In this document: positions 24,101 to 36,100 of the stretch, piece after piece
Numbering within the stretch: position 1 is the stretch's first letter
Layout of the letters: each line of letters starts with the position of its first letter
NCBI RefSeq assembly: GCF_031769215.1
Contig: NW_026782081.1
Coordinates: forward strand, 868,001-932,000
Direction of reading: 5' to 3'
DNA from: Ylistrum balloti
Lineage: Eukaryota
DNA length: 64,000 nt
Notes under the pieces: model-generated
Seen by the model: only the letters and a program-made list of their open reading frames with translations
Told to the model about the DNA's origin: nothing
The model's database searches: none
Program-made: the position numbers and the translations under genes

Positions 24101-27100
24101 TGGTTACAGTGATCTCACCTATAACCATAGTCTAATGACTAAGTGATCATCAACTTACAGTACAATAAGCTAACAAACAGACCTTGTGGTTCTTTAAAAC
24201 AATAGTTCTATTGTTACTTGAGAATTTAGGGAATTTGAATTTGACTTTGAAATTTTTACAATTTTAGAACAAATTTTACTTTTTGGAGTTTCTTGTGGGA
24301 TGAGATTTTGTTTTTTGTTCATTAACAGGATACAGGAACAAAAAGCTCCTATAAGAAAGAAGAAGAAGATGATCCTTATGCAGATGAAGAGTTTGAGGTA
24401 CAGGTCTATCATTGTACAGCTATTTACATTTAATGTCACCTGTACGTGTAAAATTCTACATCATTTGGTTCCAGAAAATACAAAGAGACTATAGAAGTGT
24501 ATTGCTGCTACAATCTACATCTCTTCAATTCTTGTAGAGTCTTTTCCGAGTGGTGTGAATGTCTTATCCTAATTTCATGTTTGTTTTGTAGGATTATGAG
24601 GAGGACTTTGAGGACGAGGAAGAAGAGGAAACTAAGGTAAGATTTCAGGAGTCTTATAATACTTTTTACTCTTTGTTTTTAATTTTTCAGTTGAAATGAG
24701 AATTTATAATGATTTTCTTAAATTTACCATTTAAAAGTAAATACAGTTTAATCATGTCATGAAATGAAAGTTCATGCATGTTATTAATTAATATGATGGT
24801 TACAGAATGATTGCATAAATTTCCCAAAATATTGATTAATTCATGTTCAGAGTTTAAGAAATCCTTATTTTGAGAAAAACTGAAAAAAAAACATGTGAAT
24901 TTTTCCTTAAGATACATTTTGGCTGACAGTATTTATCAGGCAATAAGTCTTTGTTAGAAGGTAATATGTTTACCAACAGGTATTATAAGTGTCAATTAGT
25001 AATAGGATTAAAGGTGATATACCAGAGTCAGAGATGTATACATTACAGTTCAATAACCTCAGTAATAGAAACACAGGGCTGGTGCACAGCATTTTAATTG
25101 TTAAAACTTTTTGTATTTCCTAGCCTGCCTTTACAGTTAAAACCTCAAAACAGAGGTCACCTAGAAATTATGAGGTGAGATACAATGTGCACTGCTTGCT
25201 CTGTACAGTCGCTGTACACTTTTTACAATGCCTCTAATAAAAAATCTTCTAACTTTCCTCTGAACAAACTATCAAACGCTAATCCATTCTGTGTAGGTTA
25301 GATTTCACTTCTTACATTAGCAATGCTTTCTTTGTGTATGTAGAAAGTAAAATCCATTTCAAATTGACACATAAAAGAAATAAATATTAAATTGCCAGTT
25401 TTGCAGAAGTACTGAGGCTTTGAACCACACCACAGAATTTCAGTTCAAATTACAAACACATTGGATAATTATAATATTTTTTTTGTGAGAGATATATCTG
25501 TTAAGTTAAAGAATTGGTCATGAATCTAATCTTTGAACATTTTATTGTCTATTCATACAGAACTTAACAACTTATTCCCTCAGATATATATTAAACTTGA
25601 AAGTGTTTGTGAAATTCATAGAATTTAAGAGTGATATATTTTTTTGTTCATGGTGAAAAAATTATACAAGAAAGCAATGAAGAAATATGTTTAGATTTAG
25701 CAGTTGTCATTTTGCTTTTTTTTCTTTGCGTCTTTTTGTCTTTGATCTCATCATTCACTATCATTAAGATAGATATATACATGACACATCTATTTGACAT
25801 TGTATTTGTTCAGAAATTAACAATCATTAGAGAAATCATCAACTTTCATTTCCTGGGCATTGATATTTTCCATCTTAACAACATACTGGTTAGCTAAGTA
25901 TGTAAGTGAAAAAACTGATGTTGAGATTAGTTAAAGACCTTGACATTGTCCATCAGAATCAAAGTGTCAGATGTCATGAGCTTTATACAAACCAATATAG
26001 TATATTTATTGCAAGCAGGCTATCAACCACTGAAATAGTGAAACAACCAAAATAACAGCAAAAGTGCATGCAATTACAACTAGCAACAAATCAAAGTTTG
26101 AGACCAGATAATGAATAGTTGTTTAATTTACACAGGAATCAATACACAAGAGCTCTCGACCTGGAACTGTTCTGGACTATTCAGTAAATATTACCAAACT
26201 AATTAAGGCCTCCCCCTAATGAATTATATCAGTGTGTGGCAGAGTCTGCAGTGTGTTGTCACTGTTGCTATTTCTATTGTTCAAATACTCAATCAACATT
26301 TATATATTGAAATATTCAATATCAATACAGTTGATTAGGTGTGTGTACAATGTTAGTGTTACATAAAGTCCATATTTTATTGAAATGGAAATGTCTCCTT
26401 TACCATTAGCATTACACGGCACGCTTTAATTTATTTTATGATTACAGAAATGTTTTTACTTTTATCAAAATCACTTCTGTGTAATCAGCTTGCTGCTTGA
26501 TGATCAAATGCATGAGTTTCACCATCAAACTGCATCTAGTAATAATCTTGGTAATTTTTTTTTTTGATAAACAGTGGCTGACATTTTACTGACAGTATTT
26601 ATCAGGCAATAAGTCTTTGCTAGCAGGTTATATGTCTACCAACAGGTATTATAAATGTCAATCAGTAATGTAATTAAAGGTGATATACTCTCCCCCCCCA
26701 CCCACCTTCCTCCTCCCCCATTCCCTAGAAACAATCTGGACAATACACACCACACCACCTTCCCATTATACTTCTTCAAGCTCTTGTCACCTTGTGGTTC
26801 TTTCTATTGACTTACCACTTCCACTATGTGAGTTTTTGAAATTCATTTTTGGACACAAATTTCAATCACTGACAATGTTTATCTACTTTATGTGTATGTC
26901 CAGTACCAGTAATACAGAGGTGCTTTGTGGTTTCCCTCCATCAGTCTGTAATACTGTCAGTACTATCCTCGAGTAACTAAATATTTCTGTTTAAACTCAA
27001 GTTCTATATATATTTGTGATAGGAAACATCATAGATACACTTTGACTGGACAGTGTGATGTGTAATAAAAATAGATCTGTAACCCATGTGAGGTCTTAGG

Positions 27101-30100
27101 GAAAGGTGATAAGTTGAATTATTTAAACAAAACTGGTTGCCTTCCATCATTCACTCGAAAGCTTTGGTGTTTAATGAATAAAAAAACTATTATCCTGAAG
27201 CCATATTTATATATCACTGGGCTATGTCTGTAGCACAGAATAGGTATATGTCTGTAGTACAGTATAGGTATATGTCTGTAACACAGTATAGGTATATGTC
27301 TGTAACACAGTATAGGAATATGTCTGTAGTACAGTATAGGTATATGTCTGTAGTGCAGTATAGGTTGTCTGTGGCACAGTATAGGAATATGTCTGTAACA
27401 CAGTATAGGTATATGTCTGTAACACAGTACAGGCATATGTCTGTAACACAGTATAGGAATATGTCTGTAACACAGTATAGGTATATGTCTGTAACACAGT
27501 ATAGGAATATGTCTGTAACACAGTATAGGTATATGTCTGTAGTACAGTATAGGTACACGTCTGTAACACAGTATAGGAATATGTCTGTAACACAGTATAG
27601 GTATATGTCTGTAACACAGTATAGGTATGTCTGTAACACAGTATATAGGTATATAGGTATATGTCTGTAACACAGTATAGGTATATGTCTGTAACACAGT
27701 ATAGGTATATGTCTGTAACACAGTATAGGTATATGTCTGTAACACAGTACAGGCATATGTCTGTAACACAGTATAGGAATATGTCTGTAACACAGTATAG
27801 GTATATGTCTGTAACACAGTATAGGTATATGTCTGTAACACAGTATAGGTATATGTCTGTAACACAGTACAGGCATATGTCTGTAACACAGTACAGGCAT
27901 ATGTCTGTAACACAGTATAGGAATATGTCTGTAACACAGAATAGGTATATATCTGTAGCACAGTATAGGTATATGTCTGTAACACAGTATAGGTATCTGT
28001 AACACAGTATAGGAATATGTCTGTAGCACAGTATAGGTATATGTCTGTAGTACAGTATAGGTATATGTCTGTAACACAGTATAGGTATATGTCTGTAACA
28101 CAGTATAGGTATATGTCTGTAGTACAGTATAGGTACACGTCTGTAACACAGTATAGGTATATGTCTGTAACACAGTATAGGTATACGTCTGTAACACAGT
28201 ATAGGCATATGTCTGTAACACAGTATAGGAATATGTCTGTAGCACAGTATAGGTATATGTCTGTAACACAGTATAGGTATATGTCTGTAACACAGTATAG
28301 GTATATGTCTGTAACACAGTATAGGTATATGTCTGTAACACAGTATAGGTATATGTCTGTAACACAGTATAGGAATATGTCTGTAACACAGTATAGGAAT
28401 ATGTCACACAGTATAGGAATATGTCTGTAACACAGTATAGGAATATGTCTGTAACACATTATAGGTATATGTCTGTAACACAGTATAGGTATATGTCTGT
28501 AACACAGTATAGGTATATGTCTGTAGCACAGTATAGGTATATGTCTGTAACACAGTATAGGTATATGTCTGTAGTACAGTATAGGTACACGTCTGTAACA
28601 CAGTATAGGTATATGTCTGTAACACAGTATAGGTATATGTCTGTAACACAGTATAGGTATATGTCTGTAGTACAGTATAGGTATATGTCTGTAACACAGT
28701 ATAGGAATATGTCTGTAACACAGTATAGGTATATGTCTGTAACACAGTATAGGTATATGTCTGTAACACAGTATAGGTATATGTCTGTAACACAGTATAG
28801 GTATACGTCTGTAACACAGTATAGGCATATGTCTGTAACACAGTATAGGAATATGTCTGTAGCACAGTATAGGTATATGTCTGTAGCACAGTATAGGTAT
28901 ATGTCTGTAGCACAGTATAGGTATATGTCTGTAACACAGTATAGGTATATGTCTGTAACACAGTACAGGCATATGTCTGTAACACAGGTATATGTCTGTA
29001 TGTCTGTAACACAGTATATGTCTGTAACACAGTATAGGTATATGTCTGTAACACAGTATAGGTATATGTCTGTAGTACAGTATAGGTACACGTCTGTAAC
29101 ACAGTATAGGTATATGTCTGTAACACAGTTTAGGAATATGTCTGTAGCACAGTATAGGTATATGTCTGTAACACAGTATAGGTATATGTCTGTAACACAG
29201 TATAGGTATATGTCTGTAGTACAGTATAGGTATATGTCTGTAACACAGTATAGGAATATGTCTGTAACACAGTATAGGTATATGTCTGTAACACAGTATA
29301 GGTATATGTCTGTAACACAGTATAGGTATATGTCTGTAACACAGTATAGGTATATGTCTGTAACACAGTATAGGAATATGTCTGTAACACAGAATAGGTA
29401 TATATCTGTAGCACAGTATAGGTATATGTCTGTAACACAGTATAGGTATATGTCTGTAACACAGTATAGGTATATGTCTGTAGTACAGTATAGGTATATG
29501 TCTGTAACACAGTATAGGTATATGTCTGTAACACAGTATAGGTATATGTCTGTAGCACAGTATAGGTATATGTCTGTAACACAGTATAGGTATATGTCTG
29601 TAGTACAGTATAGGTACACGTCTGTAACACAGTATAGGTATATGTCTGTAACACAGTAAAGGAAGGTATATGTCTGTAACACAGTATAGGAATATGTCTG
29701 TAACACAGTATAGGTATATGTCTGTAACACAGTATAGGAATATGTCTGTAGCACAGTATAGGTATATGTCTGTAGTACAGTATAGGTATATGTCTGTAAC
29801 ACAGTATAGGTATATGTCTGTAACACAGTATAGGTATATAACACAGTATAGGTATATGTCTGTAGTACAGTATAGGTACACGTCTGTAACACAGTATAGG
29901 TATATGTCTGTAACACAGTATAGTATAGGTATATGTCTGTATATGTCTGTAACACAGTATAGTAACACAGTATAGGAATATGTCTGTAACACAGTATAGG
30001 TATATGTCTGTAACACAGTATAGGTATATGTCTGTAACACAATATAGTATATGTAACACAGTATAGGTATATGTCTGTAGCACAGTATAGGTATATGTCT

Positions 30101-33100
30101 GTAACACAGTATAGGTATATGTCTGTAGTACAGTATAGGTACACGTCTGTAACACAGTATAGGAATAAGGAAATATAAATTGCTTTGCATCATTGTTTGT
30201 CTTATTTGCTTTTAAATTAAAACTAGAGGCTGTAAGGGAAAATAGGTTCTATTCTATTTAAACAAATTAAAAACAAGCTTGCATTTGACACAATTATTTT
30301 TTCCAAAGTGATTACAGCAATTGGACTGCATAGTTAACATGATCTGTATGTTATAAGCCTTAACAATGGTACATGGTCTTGTATTGTATGATTAACTTGC
30401 TGTATCATTGTGTATTTTATGAAGAAACTCACCAATAGGATTCAGGGTAGTGTGTTGATTATACACTGGGTAATAAGTTTGTGAATTGTTTCTGGCGTGC
30501 TTCTTACAATACTATTATGTGCATTTTTTTATCTTGAAAATATGCTCTGGTTGCATCAGATTTCAAATTATCATATGCTTAAAAGTTGCCTTTTGATGAT
30601 TCCAACCCTTTTACCTATAAGATATGATTACTTGTGATTTATCTTTTGGTTGTCCAAACTTCTAAACCATTTAACCATAATTTACCTTATGGCAGTCCAA
30701 ATTTCTAAACCATTTTACCATAATTTACCTTATGGCAGTCCAAATTTCTAAACCTTTTTGCCATAATTTACCTTATGGCAGTCCAAATTTCTAAACCTTT
30801 TTTCCATAATTTACCTTATGGCAGTCCAAATTTCTAAACCATTTTACCATAATTTACCTTATGGCAGTCAAAATTTCTAAACCCTTTTACCATAATTTAC
30901 CTTATGGCAGTCCAAATTTCTAAACCATTTTACCATAATTTACCTTATGGCAGTCCAAATTTCTAAACCTTTTTGCCATAATTTACCTTATGGCAGTCCA
31001 AATTTCTAAACCATTTTACCATAATTTACCATTTGGTAACCCAAACATCTCCTTTTAGGAGACATAGAAAGAGGACAAGGTTACATTTTTATTCATTGCC
31101 ATGATCCATTTTTAATGCAAAGATGATGACATGAATTTAGCAACATAAAAAAATCTTGATATACTGTACTATATATAAAGGTAAATGAATTGAAAGAAAT
31201 TAATATATATCAGTACTTGGTGATCAAGTTAATTCTTTATTTCCTTCAGGATGATCTGTTTCATCAGGATGATAAAATGAATTATCTGTTTCATCAGGAT
31301 GATGAAATGAATTATTTTTTTCCATTTAGGATAATGAAATGAATGACTTATTGAGTGCATTGGACAAGGAAAATGAACGCTTGTTACAAGAGTCCAGAGC
31401 TACCAGTGGTCGTCAGAGAGGCCGATATGAGAATGTAAGTAGTTGTAGCTTCAGAAGTGTAATATTAACATATCATTATTATGTAATTATAGTTCATAAT
31501 TATCAATTCATATTACATGTAATGTGTTTTGATTATAAAAGGAAAAAAATTTAATTTTTATCTAAATTTGATTCCTTGTCGACAGCAAAGAGATGATGAC
31601 AGTTATCGAAGAGATGACAAATACAACAATAGAAACGATGAAAGCGATGATGACCAGCCCAAAGTTTCACGGTCAAAGACACTTATCAACTTCATGGGAG
31701 CTAAGAAGCGTGCAATGGTGAGCCATGCAGGTTCCCTGATTGGGAAGCGTGCCCAGGATTTGTTACAGATGATTGAACTGGACACTGCTGAGTATGATCT
31801 GTTTGATATGCCTCCGGTCAAGGAATACGACCTCTATATCAGGAGTTTTGGACGCTCCGATACTACTCAGGTAAACAGTTAGGTCATGAAAGCTCATACT
31901 TTTCATAGAAGTTCATATATGTTCATGTTTACATGTTCAGTCTCTTGTTTAGTGAGAGTGCAACTCTGACAGATAACATAGACAATTTAGTGAGTGCAGC
32001 TCTACCAGTTTGTGAGAACATTAGGTAGGAGAAAGGCTAAGTGAGTAGACCTATGTAAGATTACACCAGAAAGATTTTATTAGTGAACACAATCTCTGCC
32101 AGATAACAGAGATACCGGGTAGGTTCTTTTTCTTCTTAGGGCCAGGTTAAGCATGATAACCTTTTTTTATAACATAAGGAGGGATCTTTTCATTCCTGAA
32201 TTCTAGAAATGTTTTAAAATTGCTTCAGTCTTTTAATGTATCTTATGGTATAAGAAGTATTTGTAATAATCAGCATATCAGAAAAAAAGCATAATGCTTT
32301 ACTATGGTAATGTTTAAAATTTCAAGTATTAATTATTCTGATTAACTGTTTTCCCTAGTACATTGAATTAATCTTCTGTTTGTCTGAACCTGTCTGTTAT
32401 TTAGCAGCTTTCCCTTACTTCAATGGAGGTGACTATGATTGTCAATGATATTGTTTAAACTGTATATTTAAGTTTATTCACAAAAGGAAATCATTTCTCG
32501 AAGAATGCATTTTTGAAACAGTTTTACTGAAATATCTTTTAAAACAAAACATGTGACTTTGAAATAAACTAAGTGTAAACAAGTATGTTCCTATATAAGT
32601 GAGCTAATATTACTGGGGTATTGTGTTGTGCCAATCATCTGTTTGCAATATCACTCCCTGAATCCCTGGAGCAATGCAGTAATTATGAAAGGAAGTTTAT
32701 GACCCTTGAGGTTTAGTAAGCAACACAAAGTTAATTCAGATGATACTGTTAATGACTTTGTGTGAAATGGTTTGTTAATTTCTGGATCTATTTAAAATGA
32801 AAGATAGCCTTCATGATCTTCTGAGACGAAGTATATGTGGTGTGTACCTGGTACTAGAAATGAGTAAAATCCTTTGGTTGTGATTGGCTAATTAGAACTT
32901 CAATTTCTCTTGACGACATCTGCTGAAACATCCATTGAGAAAAAGTGATAATTATATATTTTCTGATGACATGAAACTTTCAAAATTGCTGTTACAATTC
33001 CCTGTCTACTATCAGTAATTTGTCATACAAATAAGTCACTTTAGGCCTCTTGTTCTTATAATACAGACAAACTTTTTCATGATGGATTTATTTTGTATAA

Positions 33101-36100
33101 TTTTCTTAATTATTCTAAAATGTCCACTAGGTATTGTTATAATCTTATTCACCTTTATATATATCAAATCAGTCACATTTCTCAGACTCTCTTTGTCTGT
33201 CACTCACAAATCATGAGTGTTCTTGTCAGTTTCACTGTCTGTTACAATTACATATTTTGTCAACAAGATGTTTGTTTTGTATCAAGTAAAACTGACATTT
33301 TTTGTGAATTTTCAACTACAAAAAAGTCAGTAAAACTGTTAATTAATAACTTCTTAGATGCATTTCATTTAGTGAATTTTTCTATTCCAGTTCTGTTCTT
33401 TATCAGAATTCTTGTAGAGAAAAACATAAAATAAAACATTAAATGTGTAATCATTAAAATGATTTCATGATTATGCATGCATTCAGAGTATTCAGATTAA
33501 AGTTAAAGAGTTACATTCAATTTCTTTTTTTATTACATTGAATTATAAATTTTCTTAAAATGAAATCTAAAAAAAATCTTAACACAAGGATTGTTTTGAA
33601 AATTTGTTGTTTTCTTTGTATTGAACTTACTAATTTATGTACATTATATAGATAAAACAAAGTATATACAAAAATGTTAAGAGACTAAAGTCACTATCTC
33701 ATTCTACACTCAGGCGTATGTCCAGACTAATGATGATGATATTGATCGAGAAGTACAAACAGATGAGATCGATGTCCGTCAGAAATGGACACAACATCCA
33801 GCAGAGGATTACATAGGTTGTGGAAGTATGTGTATTTTATTTATTTATATATAAACTGATTTGATGTAAGAAGGGGTAGGAAGGGGAGACTAGAAAACAT
33901 TTGTTTGGTAGTGATGGCACTGAATGCTAAATATCCTTATGCATGACTGTTCAGAGTTCATTAAATGATTAGTATATAAGTTTAAAACTTTTCTGAACTA
34001 GTTAAAAGATCTTGTTTAGATCAGTTTTTAATGTATTAATAGAAGTTCTTTCATAAAAATTTTGTTTTATTGTCAACACTTATCATTCATTGAATGATTG
34101 ACTTGTATACCAGTCAGCAAATGTTATGTTATTGATGCCAGTAAGGAAAGATTTTTTTTTGCCAATAAAATCACTTGTTTGCACAAGAGAACTTTTCTGT
34201 TGTAGGAGGTGATGGAGTGAAAGACATAGAGGATGAGGAACAGTCTCAAGTGAACAAGAACCTTGATTTGAGTCGCCTCAGTAAATTTGTACAGAAAGCA
34301 GGACAGGTAATAACTGATGCTGAGGACTCTATTCAGTGGTGCCTATTTCATTTGCTAGGTTGATTGTAGTAAGTGGCTCATGGCAGCTATGTAAATCACT
34401 AGGATGACCGGTGGGTGGGTAATTGTCTCCTTGGCAATGAAAAAAAAAATGTTTGTCAAGTTCCTGACTTGATTTGAACTTTATTAAGGACCAAAATCTA
34501 CACTGTAGTTTTGATAAGACTTTGTTTTAACATCATTTTCATGAAATTAAATTACAAATATGTCCAGTTAAGAAATAAAACTTTTGTTTTTGTTTTTGTT
34601 TTTGTTTACGTAATCATTTATTCTGTTAAATATTCATTTACAAAAAAAAAACACCTGACCATAAGAACATACCCTACCATTCGTTTATTTTCTCTGTGAA
34701 TCCTTGAGATAACTAGTTTACAAACATCACTTTGAGCCAAATTTCTCAATTAAGTATGTTCTAGCACCACTTAAGAACCAAATATTTCATAACTTGAGAA
34801 GTGCCTGAAAATATATGACACTACAGGTGTTTCAACCTAGGCAAACTGTGTAAAAAAGCATACTTTTATGCTCCCCGAAAAGTTTCTGGGAGAGCATATA
34901 GTCCGTCTTTCTGTCCTTCCTTTTGTGTTCAGAGCATAACTTTTCTCACAGTTAAGAAAGGATCATGAATTTTAGTGTAGCAATGTTAGGGTTTGCAACC
35001 CCTTAATTACAGCGTTATTGCCCTTTGTGAAATTGTGTGTCTGAGGCATTACTTTGCTTGCAGTTAAATAAAATATTACAAGGTGATATATATACATCAG
35101 TCATACAAAAGTAAGGTGTGTGTAGCAATGTGAATGGTCTAGACCCCTAAGCTACAGAATGATTTCAGTTTGATGAAATTTTGTGTCCAATACAGTTGTT
35201 TTCGGGGAACATTCATTAGTTTCACTGATAATTTTGCTTACAAAGAAATACTTATGTCAGTTATGAAATGTGTATGGTCTTCTATAATTACATATTTTGT
35301 ACAAGACTTGCTACATATATTTACCTATATTGTACAGGTAATCTCAATTTTACTGGACGAAGAAAAAGATGTGACGAAAACTGATATGAACGAGAACAAG
35401 TCCAATGTAGGTGTAAGCGAAGGCTACACAAAACTGGCACAGTTACCTATCCTGAAGGGTAAGTGTATATCAGTAACCTGTCTAATCTGACCTCTGATTA
35501 CATATCCTGAAGGGTAAGTGTATATCAGTAACCTGTCTAATCTGACCTCTGATTACATATCCTGAAGGGTAAGTGTATATCAGTAACCTGTCTAATCTGA
35601 CCTCTGATTACATATCCTGAAGGGTAAGTGTATATCAGTAACCTGTCTAATCTGACCTCTGATTACATATCCTGAAGGGTAAGTGTATATCAGTAACCTG
35701 TCTAATCTGACCTCTGATTACATATCCTGAAGGGTAAGTGTATATCAGTAACCTGTCTAATCTGACCTCTGATTACATATCTTGAAGGGTAAGTGTATAG
35801 AAGTTACCTGTCTAATCTGACCTCTGATTACATATCCTGAAGGGTAAGTGTATATCAGTAACCTGTCTAATCTGACCTCTGATTACATATCCTGTAGGGT
35901 AAGTGTTTTTGTTTTGTAGGTGTCTGTATTGTGTACAGTGTTACTCTCTGTATTGTGTACAGTGTTACTCTCTGTGTGTTACTCTCTGTATTGTGTACAG
36001 TGTTACTCTCTATTGTGTACAGTGTTACTCTCTATTGTGTACAGTGTTACTCTCTGTATTGTGTACAGTGTTACTCTCTGTATTGTGTACAGTGGACTCT

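Noticed and set aside
27119-30193. 1024-aa Cys/Tyr-rich ORF and the overlapping 100-560 aa ORFs on both strands
   Set aside because: They are translations of a 24-bp satellite that happens to lack stops on one strand. They switch between the three repeat peptides at indels and lie inside a WDR60 intron.
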